DNA of 46,253 bases from Thermoplasmatota archaeon. GTDB taxonomy: Archaea; Thermoplasmatota; SW-10-69-26; JACQPN01; JAIVGT01. The stretch spans positions 1 through 46,253 of the forward strand of contig DASYRW010000164.1 of the NCBI GenBank assembly GCA_036003985.1. The letters are read 5' to 3'. Numbering within the stretch: position 1 is the first letter of the stretch; each line of letters opens with the position of its first letter. Shown here one piece after another: positions 9,050-16,577 of the stretch. Made by a program: the position numbers and the translations under genes. The notes below the pieces were generated by a model, which was not told the DNA's origin, searched no databases, and was given only the letters and a program-made list of their open reading frames with translations.

Positions 9050-9233
9050 CGGACTCCGTCCCCCGCGCACGGCCGCCGCCGCCCTCACAGCAGCAGGCCT
9101 CCGTTCATGTTCATCTCGACCCGGGCCAGGAGGGCCACGGCCCGGCACATCCGCCACGTGGGGCTCGGCGCCCCGGCTTCGGCATCCATCGGGCTCACGA
9201 TAAGGCATGGAGAGTTGGTGCCAGTTAGGTAGC

Positions 9234-9248
9234 GTCAAATAGTTTGAC
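9234..9248. promoter_or_regulatory. Perfect palindrome GTCAAA-TAG-TTTGAC in the divergent intergenic region
   Basis: Read directly. It sits in the AT-richest stretch of the 265-nt gap between the nuclease gene (minus) and the first Csa3-like regulator gene (plus). It is a candidate operator and/or a bidirectional TATA element. Confidence 0.4.
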
Positions 9249-9314
9249 ACACGATTAGACTAGCTAACAGAACGGCCAGAGCGGACCAGCAGCTTAGGTT
9301 GTTCGAGGCCTCCT

Positions 9315-9953
9315 ATGACGGTCATCATGGCGACGGTCGGCTTCACGCCGGCCAAGATCCAGCCGGTCATCGACCGCGAGGACGCCAAGGAGGAGCTCGT
9401 GCTGTTCTACGACAAGGACAGCCGCGAGAACCAGGGCCGCAGCAAGGCCGCCGCGCGCGCCCTCGAGGCCGAGGCGCGCAAGCTCGGCATGGCCGTGACG
9501 CTGCGCGAGATCGATGCCTTCGACCTCGTGGGCTGCTGCTTGGAGATCCGCAAGGAGATGCGCAAGCGCGCGGGGAAGGACATCGTCGTGAGCATCGCCG
9601 GCGGCGCGCGCGTGCTCAGCAGCGCGGCGCTCCTGGCCAGCATCCTCGAAGGAGCGCGGGTCGTGCACATCAACGAGCGCACCAACGAGGTGCAGGCGCT
9701 GCCGATGCTGAAGCTGGCCTCGGACGATGTGCTCAGCCCGCAGCAGCGGCGCGTCTTGCAGCACATCCGCGACCATCCTGGGCAGCAGCAGCGCGAGCTG
9801 GCCGCGGCGCTGAAGCTCACGAAGGGCACGGTGAGCCACCACGTCCAGGCCCTGAAGCAGCAGGGTCTCGTCGTGGGCGAGCCCGACAAGGACGACGCCC
9901 GCAGCGAGCGGCTGCACGCGGTGCCCAGCGCCGACCTGCTGCTGGTGGCCTGA
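9315..9953 (+). CDS. Csa3/CARF-like N-terminal domain fused to a C-terminal winged-helix (MarR/ArsR-like) DNA-binding domain
   Basis: The N-terminus MTVIMATVGFTPAKIQPVI...VVSIAGGARVLS matches, by recall, the Csa3 N-domain pattern (MGF..., ...G.R...). The C-terminal wHTH is LSPQQRRVLQHIRDHPGQQQRELAAALKLTKGTVSHHVQALKQQGLV. Confidence 0.7.
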   Translation: MTVIMATVGFTPAKIQPVIDREDAKEELVLFYDKDSRENQGRSKAAARALEAEARKLGMAVTLREIDAFDLVGCCLEIRKEMRKRAGKDIVVSIAGGARVLSSAALLASILEGARVVHINERTNEVQALPMLKLASDDVLSPQQRRVLQHIRDHPGQQQRELAAALKLTKGTVSHHVQALKQQGLVVGEPDKDDARSERLHAVPSADLLLVA

Positions 9954-10534
9954 TGCGCATCCTCGTCGCGACGGTCGCGCACGAGGAGGAGCTGGTGCGC
10001 GCGCGCAAGCACCTCGGCTACGACTTGCTGGTGGTCGTGGTGCCGCGGCGCGCGGAGCGGGCCCTCGCGGCCGCCATCACGGGCCTCGCCAAGGTCCGCG
10101 TCGAGGAGGTGGCGGAGGACGACCTGCTCGCCTGCCTCGAACGCCTGCAGGCGATCTTCGCCGAGTTCCGCCGCCACGAAGTCCGCGCGGCCGTCGACGG
10201 TGGCACCTCCGCGATGAGCGCGGCCGGGTTCCTCGCGTGCCTCTCCGAGGGGGTCGAGGCGTGGTTCTTGCTGAAGGAACCCGTCCGGCTGCCGGTGCTG
10301 CAGGCGAGGCCGATCGGGCAGCGCTTCGGGCGCGAGGAGCTGCTCGTGCTGCGGGCCCTCGACCGGCGCGCGAGCCACGAGGAGCTGGCGCGCCGCACGG
10401 GGCTGCCGCTGCCGGCGGTGAGGGACGCGCTGCTCGCGTTCAAGAAGCAAGGCGCCGTCGCGAGCGGGGCGGATTGGGCCGAGCCCACCGAGCTGGGGCG
10501 CTTCTACCGCCGCGCGCTGCCCGCGCAGGCCTGA
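9953..10534 (+). CDS. Second Csa3/CARF-like + winged-helix regulator (paralogous architecture)
   Basis: ATG 9953 shares one nt with the upstream TGA (TGATG). Csa3-like N-domain elements are MRILVATVAHEE, LLVVVVP and AAVDGGTSAMSAAGF. The C-terminal wHTH is ELLVLRALDRRASHEELARRTGLPLPAVRDALLAFKKQGAV. Confidence 0.6.
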   Translation: MRILVATVAHEEELVRARKHLGYDLLVVVVPRRAERALAAAITGLAKVRVEEVAEDDLLACLERLQAIFAEFRRHEVRAAVDGGTSAMSAAGFLACLSEGVEAWFLLKEPVRLPVLQARPIGQRFGREELLVLRALDRRASHEELARRTGLPLPAVRDALLAFKKQGAVASGADWAEPTELGRFYRRALPAQA

Positions 10535-10586
10535 CGCGCCGCCTTCCCAGGCAAAGTTCTTCCCCTCCTCCGCGCGCTGACCGCCG

Positions 10587-12035
10587 TTGGCGACCTTCCG
10601 CGGACCCGCCCTCGTGCTGGCTTTGCTGCTCGCGGCGCCCGCTGCCGCGCTGCCCTTCCCTTCGCTGCTCTGCGCGCCGATCGGCTTCGGCTGCGAGCAG
10701 TGGGTGCAGCGCTACGATGGCCCTGGCAACGGCCTCGACGACGCGGGCGCCCTCGCGATGAGCCCCGACGGCGGGACGGCCTACCTCACGGGCCACAGCC
10801 TCGGCGACGGCACCGGCTTCGACATGGCCACGCTCGCCCTCGACACGGCCACTGGCGCGCGCCGCTGGGTCGCGCGCGTCGACGGCCCCGACAGCGGCAC
10901 CGACGAGGGCCGCGCCGTGGCGCCGACGCCCGACGGCGCGCTCGTGGTGACCGCCGGCTACGTCGCGGCGGGCGGCGACCAGGACATCGCCGTGGCGGCG
11001 CACGACGCGGCGACCGGTGATCTCCGGTGGTCGGTGACCTACGATCTCGCGCGTGGCTTCGATCTCGGGCTGGGGCTCGCGGTCGCGGCCGGTCGCGCCT
11101 ACGTGGCGGGGCTTTCCGAAGCCCCAGGGGGCGACTGGGACGCGACGATCTTGGCCCTCGACGCGGCGACCGGCGCGCGAGCGTGGGCCACCCAGCTGGG
11201 CGGCGCGGGCCAGCAGCGCGCGCACGCCGTCGCGGTCACGCCCGACGGCAGCTTTGTTGTCGTGGCGGGCCTCAGCGAGGCCGCGCCAGGCATGGCGATG
11301 CTCCTCACGGCGGGCCTCGACGCTGCCACCGGCGCGGTGCGCTGGACCGCCCTCGACGGCGGCCCGTCGCAGATCGGCGACCCCGACAGCGACGCGCAAC
11401 TGGCGCTGCTGGACGGCGCGACGCTCGTCGCGTCGGCGGCGGGCCAGGGCGCCGATGGCACGCTCGACATCCACGTCGTCGCGCGTGACGCCGCGACGGG
11501 CGCCCTGGCGTGGGCCGCGCGGCATGCGCAGCCCGAGGGCGTAGACCGCCCCCACGCGCTGGCCGTCGCGCCGTGGGTGGTGCTCGTCGCGGGCGCGACC
11601 GAGCCCAAGGGCGACGGGGGCTCCGCGGACTACGTGACCTTCGCGCTCAACGCCGCCAACGGCGAGGAGCTCTGGGCGGCGCGCTTCAACGGCCTCGGCA
11701 GCAGGACCGACCGCGCCCTCGCGCTCGCGGTCAGCCCCGACGGCGCGCGCGTCTTCGTCGCCGGCGAGAGCTTCGGCACCCCCGCGGAGATCCACGTGAA
11801 CCCGATCGACGCAGGCGCCGGCACGGGGCTCGACTACGGCACGGTGGCCTACCGGGTCGCGGACGGCGTGCGGCTCTGGGCCGCGCAGTACGACGGCGCC
11901 AACAGCGTGGACCGCGCGCGCGGCATCGCCGTCACGCCCGACGGCGCGCGCGTCATCGTGGGCGGGCACAGCCACGGGGGCGCCAGCGGGTTCGACTACG
12001 CCGCGGTCGCGTACGACAGCGCAGGCCCCGGCTAG
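10587..12035 (+). CDS. Secreted beta-propeller-like repeat protein (about eight repeats of ~55 aa)
   Basis: TTG start, then the signal-like MATFRGPALVLALLLAAPAAALP. The recurring unit is YDGPG..D.A.AVA.SPDG..V.V.G......D..T.A.DAATG...W. The family (PQQ/SBBP-like) is only guessed. Confidence 0.6.
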   Translation: MATFRGPALVLALLLAAPAAALPFPSLLCAPIGFGCEQWVQRYDGPGNGLDDAGALAMSPDGGTAYLTGHSLGDGTGFDMATLALDTATGARRWVARVDGPDSGTDEGRAVAPTPDGALVVTAGYVAAGGDQDIAVAAHDAATGDLRWSVTYDLARGFDLGLGLAVAAGRAYVAGLSEAPGGDWDATILALDAATGARAWATQLGGAGQQRAHAVAVTPDGSFVVVAGLSEAAPGMAMLLTAGLDAATGAVRWTALDGGPSQIGDPDSDAQLALLDGATLVASAAGQGADGTLDIHVVARDAATGALAWAARHAQPEGVDRPHALAVAPWVVLVAGATEPKGDGGSADYVTFALNAANGEELWAARFNGLGSRTDRALALAVSPDGARVFVAGESFGTPAEIHVNPIDAGAGTGLDYGTVAYRVADGVRLWAAQYDGANSVDRARGIAVTPDGARVIVGGHSHGGASGFDYAAVAYDSAGPG

Positions 12036-13153
12036 GCCTCGACCTCGACGTGGCCGTTGCCGTGGCTGGCTTGCTCCTGCACTTGCACGCGCCCGAGCGC
12101 CTGCTGCGCCTTGCCCACGTGCGTGCGCAGGTCGCGGCGGCTGTTCTCGAGGCTCGTGATGGCGCGGCTGAGCCGGCCCTCGAGCTCCTCGCTCATGCCG
12201 TCGAGGCATCCCGCGACCGTGGTCACCACTTGGCTGATGCGCGCCTCATCGACCCGCGCGCCGTAGCGCTTGATCACCTGCAGCGTCGTGAGCACGTAGG
12301 GCACCGCCATGCTGTAGCCGACGATGACCACGCCGCGCTTGTGGGCCTTGACGTGGGCCGTCGCGCAAAGGTCGAAGATCGCGTCGGGGACGGCGAGCAC
12401 GGCCATGCCGCACGTCTTCTCGGGGTCGAGGTACTTCGCGACCTCGTCCACCTTGCCCTCGACGTCGTCCTGGATGCTCGCGACGAGCTCGACGCGTTCC
12501 TCGGGGCTCGCGTCGGCCAGGCGCGCGAGCTTGTCCACGCTGGTCCACTTGCTGTCCACCGGCAGGTAGCGCCCGTCGGGCAGCGGGACCGCGAACTCCA
12601 CGGTCTTGCCGCCGATGCGCACGTCGTAGTCGCGGAACTCCGGCGGGAGCTGCTTGATCACCTCGGCGAGCAGGTTCTCGCCGGCGGTGCCGCGGCTCTT
12701 CGTGCCGGCGATGATCGCCTCGAGGCGCCCCATGGACGCGTACGCGACGTCGGCCCGCGCCGCGCGCTGGTCGCCCTCGGCCAGGATGCGCGCCAGCTCC
12801 TGCCGCGCTTGCTGCACCTGCTCGGCGAGGGCCGCGTGCCTCTCGCCCTGGGCTTGCTTGACCTCGGTCAGGCCCGCGGCCGCGGCCGCCACGCTGGCCT
12901 TGACTTCCCCCACCTGGGCGCGCTGCTGCGCGAGGCTCTCCTGGATCCCGCCCGCGATCTGCTGCTGGGCGCGCGAGGCCTCCAACAGAACCGCGAGTTC
13001 CTGCTGCTGCGCGTGGGCCGCGGACGCCAGCTGGTCGAGGCGCGCGGCGACCGCGCCCGTGTCGGGGCCGTCGGCCGGCCGACGACGACGCCACACCATG
13101 GCTGCCAGGACCAAGATCGCGCCCGCCACGATGACCATGAGGTACTCGAGCAT
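12032..13153 (-). CDS. rmuC: DNA recombination protein RmuC family
   Basis: An N-terminal TM helix (LEYLMVIVAGAILVLAAMVW) is followed by a long coiled coil, then SRGTAGENLLAEVI, VEFAVPLPDGRYLPVDSKW and AVLAVPDAIF, which resemble RmuC core motifs. Start chosen at ATG 13153 after GGGGA. In-frame ATGs at 13165 and 13171 are alternatives. Confidence 0.8.
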   Translation of the reverse strand: MLEYLMVIVAGAILVLAAMVWRRRRPADGPDTGAVAARLDQLASAAHAQQQELAVLLEASRAQQQIAGGIQESLAQQRAQVGEVKASVAAAAAGLTEVKQAQGERHAALAEQVQQARQELARILAEGDQRAARADVAYASMGRLEAIIAGTKSRGTAGENLLAEVIKQLPPEFRDYDVRIGGKTVEFAVPLPDGRYLPVDSKWTSVDKLARLADASPEERVELVASIQDDVEGKVDEVAKYLDPEKTCGMAVLAVPDAIFDLCATAHVKAHKRGVVIVGYSMAVPYVLTTLQVIKRYGARVDEARISQVVTTVAGCLDGMSEELEGRLSRAITSLENSRRDLRTHVGKAQQALGRVQVQEQASHGNGHVEVEA

Positions 13154-13247
13154 CGGATTCCCCATCCCCATCTGGGCGCCCCAGCGTCTTGGGAGCCCCT
13201 TCAGATTGTAGGACGCACGGTCGAACGATCGTTGGTGCGCAGCGAGG

Positions 13248-13703
13248 TTGATGGGACCAGGAGTCCCTCGGCGGTGGGGAGGCCTGCCCTTGCGCACTGC
13301 CATCGTGGTGATCCTTGCGACGTCCCTCGCGCTGCCGCTCGCCGCGGCGCACCACCGTCCGAGCCAATCCATCTACGTCATCGGCACCGAGGGCTCGGAC
13401 CTTCCGATCTCAACGTGCGGCCCGCTGCAGGCGCTCGTGGTCGGCGACACGAACCTCGCCGTCGCGGGCGGCTGCGTGCTCACCATGCCGAGGGCACCCG
13501 AGGCCACCATCGTGGTCGTCGACCTCCAAGGGGAGGCCGTCGACTTCGTCGCGGTGCCCCTCGACGACGGCGGCTCCCTCTGCGAGGACCAATACTATTT
13601 CTACGGCCACGGGGAGGGCTCGTTCGTCTGGCCCGACGGCTGCACGCACGTGACCGTCCGCGCCTTCCTCGGCAGCTTGCCAGGCACCGTGGTGGTCACG
13701 TAA
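13248..13703 (+). CDS. Secreted Cys-containing hypothetical protein
   Basis: A hydrophobic signal-like segment LRTAIVVILATSLALPLAAA is followed by four Cys. Third positions are G/C-biased. The exact start is uncertain. Confidence 0.5.
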   Translation: MMGPGVPRRWGGLPLRTAIVVILATSLALPLAAAHHRPSQSIYVIGTEGSDLPISTCGPLQALVVGDTNLAVAGGCVLTMPRAPEATIVVVDLQGEAVDFVAVPLDDGGSLCEDQYYFYGHGEGSFVWPDGCTHVTVRAFLGSLPGTVVVT

Positions 13704-14087
13704 GCCGCAACGGGGCCCGTCGCGCTGACGGCTCCGTTCGGAGGCCGCCGAACGCTCGCGCCGCCCTTCATGGTCACGCGGGGCCGAGCAGGCAGCATGG
13801 ACCTCGCCATCGTCGGCCCGGCCTGGCCGGAGGAGCACGAAGCGCTGCAGCACATGGCGCGCGTGCTCGAGGTCGGCCTGCGCTTCCAGGGCCTCCCCAG
13901 GCCCGCTCCCCGCCGCGCCTGACCCCCGGCGCACCCCCCCGAGAGCGCAAGCCGCGATGGCGAGGTTCCTTCGGCGCGCACGCCCGCCGCGCCCAGGAGA
14001 CGGGCCCTGAGCGTTGCGGTACATGCGTCGCCGCGCGCGGTGCCCCGTGCCAGAAGACTTTTCATGGTTGGGCTCCGAGCGCCCCCC

Positions 14088-14342
14088 ATGGGCGAAACAG
14101 CAAGGTACGCGAGCGGTGCCCTCGGAGCCATCGCGGGCGCTGTGCTGCTCGTCGTCGGCGCGATGCTGCTCTGGACCGGCCCGTTCTTCCAGGCGGACTC
14201 CTCGTCGTCGTGGTGGATCCTCGGCGGCGAGGAGAGGTCCAGCGCCCTCGTGACCGCGATGGGCGTGCTCGGCGCGCTGATGGTGATCGTCGGCGGCTAC
14301 CTCATGGTCGTGGCCGTCCAGGGCACGACGCGCGCGCGATGA
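14088..14342 (+). CDS. Small membrane protein (84 aa, 2-3 predicted TM segments)
   Basis: ATG 14088 is preceded by the TATA-like CTTTTCA (14058-14064) about 27 nt upstream. Hydrophobic stretches are GALGAIAGAVLLVVGAMLLW and ALVTAMGVLGALMVIVGGYLMVVAV. Confidence 0.45.
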   Translation: MGETARYASGALGAIAGAVLLVVGAMLLWTGPFFQADSSSSWWILGGEERSSALVTAMGVLGALMVIVGGYLMVVAVQGTTRAR

Positions 14343-14407
14343 CGCAGGCACGCGCGACGGCCAGATCGCATCCCCAGCGTGCGCTGGCGACCGGCGGGCC
14401 CCAAGCC

Positions 14408-14413
14408 TTTTAT
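14408..14413 (+). promoter_or_regulatory. TATA box (TTTTAT) for the RNase P RNA gene
   Basis: CCTTTTATGG is centred about 26 nt upstream of the inferred P1 5' end at 14437. Confidence 0.45.
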
Positions 14414-14436
14414 GGCGCGAGCCACCATGAGCCCGT

Positions 14437-14864
14437 GGCCCGGAGCCGGAGGGCGGCCGACGGTGGCGCCGCGATGCGGCGCTGCTGAGGAAAGTCCCCT
14501 CTCTCCGCGGGAAGGGCGGCTCTGAAGCGCGCGGTCCCGGTCGCAAGGCCGTCGCCGCGCGTGGAGGACCCGGCGGGAGACCGCCGGCGGAGGACCAGCA
14601 ACGACCGCCCGCCACAAGTCGGGTCGAACCGACCGCCTTGGAAACCGAGGCGTGCGATGAAGGGTCCTGCAAGGGGCCCGGAGGTCGCGGCGGGGAACGG
14701 GTGAAACGCGCTATCCGCGCCCTGGAGCAAGCCCAAGCTGTGGGGAAGGACCCCCGCGGTCCGCCGCAAGGACCCACAGGTGGGGCGCACAGGAGAATGC
14801 CGCCAAGGCGTCGCGCGCGAGCGCGGCGCTGGAACAGAAAGGGGCTTACTCCCGGCACCGGGCC
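14437..14864 (+). ncRNA. rnpB: RNase P RNA, archaeal type A-like
   Basis: Universal conserved blocks occur in order: GAGGAAAGTCC (14487-14497), GGGTGAAAC (14698-14706), GAGCAAGCC (14725-14733), AGGAGAATGCCGCC, and ACAGAAAGGGGCTTAC (14834-14849). Helices are consistent: P1 GGCCCGG/CCGGGCC (14437-14443 / 14858-14864), P2 GCCGGAG/CTCCCGGC, and the P3 hairpin GCGCCGC-GAT-GCGGCGC. Ends are good to about 5 nt. Confidence 0.85.
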
Positions 14865-14923
14865 CTCGATCTCGCCAGCGCGAGCCAGGCAGGCTTTATC
14901 GGATCCTCCCAGCATGCCGAAGC

Positions 14924-16228
14924 GTGGCGCTGCGCCCCGAGATCCTCCCGGCCCTCGCCGCGGGCATCATGATGCTCGCGCTCGCCGCGCTGCTACTCTC
15001 CTTCAACTTCGGCCACCGCGCCAACCGCGCGTTCGCGCTGCTTCTCGTGCTGCGCGGCGGGGCGACGCTCACGGGAGGCGTCGCGCAAGCGCAGGATACG
15101 CTCGCCAGCGCGTTGTTCTGGCACCACGTGTATCCCTACTTCCTGATGCCGCTCTTCGCCGCGGGCCTGTACTTCGCGGCCGTGTACCCGCACGCCCGCC
15201 GCTGGCTGCCGAGCCGCGCGTGGGCGGCGGCGCCATTCCTGGCGCTCATGGCATTGGTGGACCTCGCGTACGCGCTTGACCACAACGTGTTCGTCGATGC
15301 GTCCACCATCGCGCTCGGCAGCTCGACGGTGTCGGGCCGACCCGGAGCGCTGTACCCGCTCGTCGACCTGTGGGATCTCGTGTTTGGTGTCGTCGGGCTC
15401 GTGTTCGCGGTGGACGCGACGCGCTCAGGGCCGGGCCCGCGGCGGCGCTCGCTCCTGCTCGTGAGCCTCGGCTTCGCGCTGCTCTCGCTGTACGATGGGC
15501 TGCATTACCTCGGCCCCGGCTCGCCCATGTGGACCGGCGCTGAGGCCTATCCGTCCCGTGCGTTCGTGCTCACCTACATCCCGACCGCCATCGCGGTCGC
15601 GACCTCGCTGCTGCTCGCGAGGTTCGCGCGCGCAAGGCCCGACGCCGATGCGACGCGCGAGTCGCGCCGGTATCTCTTCGCCCTCGGCCTCGCCCCCCTG
15701 TTCGTCCTCGTGGAAGCCGCTGTCTCCCCGGGGCTGTCGGGGCCGCTCGCCCAGTTTGGCGGCGGCGTCTTCCGCCTCGGCCTCCCCGTGCTCGCGACGT
15801 ACGCGCTGCTCCGCCACCAGCTGTTCGGCATCGACCTCAAGATCCGCTGGACGATCAAGCAGAGCACCGTCGCGGCCGCGTTCATCGGCTTGTTCTTCGT
15901 CGTCAGCGAATCGGCGCAGACGTTCTTCTCGGGCAGCGTCGGCCCCTACGTGGGCATCGCCGCCGCGGGCATGCTCGTCTTCGCGATGGCACCGCTGCAG
16001 CGCGTGGCGGACCGCGTCGCGACCGCCGCCATGCCCCTCGGCAAGGAGCCCCACGCCATGAGCGGCGACGAGCGCGCAGCCGTCTATCGGGACAACGCGC
16101 GCGTCGCGTGGGCGGACGGAGCGATCGACAAGAGCGAGCGCGCGATGCTCGACCGCCTGCGCGCGTCGCTGGGCTTGGGCGTCGAAGAAGCGGTGCGCAT
16201 CGAGGGCGAGGCCGCGCGCGACGGTTGA
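14924..16228 (+). CDS. Polytopic membrane protein with a C-terminal TerB-like soluble domain
   Basis: GTG 14924 lies about 28 nt downstream of the TATA-like CTTTAT (14894-14899). There are many hydrophobic segments. The C-terminus WADGAIDKSERAMLDRLRASLGLGVEEAVRIE resembles the TerB/DjlA-N motif (tentative). Confidence 0.65.
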   Translation: MALRPEILPALAAGIMMLALAALLLSFNFGHRANRAFALLLVLRGGATLTGGVAQAQDTLASALFWHHVYPYFLMPLFAAGLYFAAVYPHARRWLPSRAWAAAPFLALMALVDLAYALDHNVFVDASTIALGSSTVSGRPGALYPLVDLWDLVFGVVGLVFAVDATRSGPGPRRRSLLLVSLGFALLSLYDGLHYLGPGSPMWTGAEAYPSRAFVLTYIPTAIAVATSLLLARFARARPDADATRESRRYLFALGLAPLFVLVEAAVSPGLSGPLAQFGGGVFRLGLPVLATYALLRHQLFGIDLKIRWTIKQSTVAAAFIGLFFVVSESAQTFFSGSVGPYVGIAAAGMLVFAMAPLQRVADRVATAAMPLGKEPHAMSGDERAAVYRDNARVAWADGAIDKSERAMLDRLRASLGLGVEEAVRIEGEAARDG

Positions 16229-16239
16229 GTCAAGGAGCC

Positions 16240-16281
16240 GGCTTCCACCCCGCGACGTGCAGCTGCGCCTCGCCCGCGCTC
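16240..16281 (+). repeat. Direct repeat copy A flanking the vapBC cassette (orphan gene-3'-end remnant)
   Basis: GGCTTCCACCCCGCGACGTGCAGCTGCGCCTCGCCCGCGCTC matches 17049-17090 at 39 of 42 positions. Read on the minus strand it gives ...SSAGEAQLHVAGWKPAP-stop, with an in-frame stop just upstream. Confidence 0.7.
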
Positions 16282-16349
16282 GAGCGCTTGGGGATTTTGC
16301 CTCATGCGCCTCCCTCCGCGGCTGCGAAGCCTTTTGTAGACCATCTCGT

Positions 16350-16363
16350 ATACAGTACTGTAT
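16350..16363. promoter_or_regulatory. Perfect 14-nt palindrome ATACAGTACTGTAT overlapping the vapB start codon
   Basis: Read directly. A TATA-like CTTTTGTA (16331-16338) lies just upstream. It is a candidate autoregulatory operator for the toxin-antitoxin module. Confidence 0.5.
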
Positions 16364-16577
16364 GGCCACCGACGTGGTCCAATTCCGCGAAGACGCGAAC
16401 ACCCTCGCCTACCTCCGCGCGAGGGGAATCAGCCCCAACACCTTTGGCAGAGAGGCCTTCCAAGCCGCGCTTCGCAGGTTGCGCTCCGAAGAGGCCATGG
16501 CTCGCCTCGCGCGGGCAAAGGTCCGCCTTCCGCGGCCGATCGAGGACATCATCCGAGAGGACCGGGACAACCATTGA
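16362..16577 (+). CDS. vapB: Antitoxin of the VapBC-type module
   Basis: A 71-aa ORF sits immediately upstream of the PIN toxin and overlaps it (TTGA). This is the typical size and position of an antitoxin. The fold class was not determined. Confidence 0.6.
   Translation: MATDVVQFREDANTLAYLRARGISPNTFGREAFQAALRRLRSEEAMARLARAKVRLPRPIEDIIREDRDNH

Noticed and set aside
7544-9250. Long N-terminal extensions of tracked ORFs (nuclease to 9250, P450 to 4229, HAD to 7667, stomatin to 32005, archaeosortase from 31674, and similar cases)
   Set aside because: The extensions are Arg/Pro/Gly-rich and lack homology-like features. They run across divergent promoters or neighbouring genes. Internal starts fit the family N-termini and have TATA-like or Shine-Dalgarno-like signals.
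13780-13860. CTGGCCGGAGGAGCAC as a possible SRP RNA helix-8 motif
   Set aside because: The flanking bases do not pair into the required stem around a GNAR loop. The stretch reads better as a small ORF with coding-like G/C third positions.
11510-14488. 992-aa plus-strand ORF
   Set aside because: It is out of frame with the 3' part of the beta-propeller gene, antisense to RmuC, and runs across the RNase P RNA. Its composition is Arg/Gly/Pro-rich with no motifs.
14297-14915. Several 100-210-aa ORFs on both strands over 14297-15279
   Set aside because: The region is better explained by the RNase P RNA (conserved blocks plus complementary termini) and by the promoter of the next gene.
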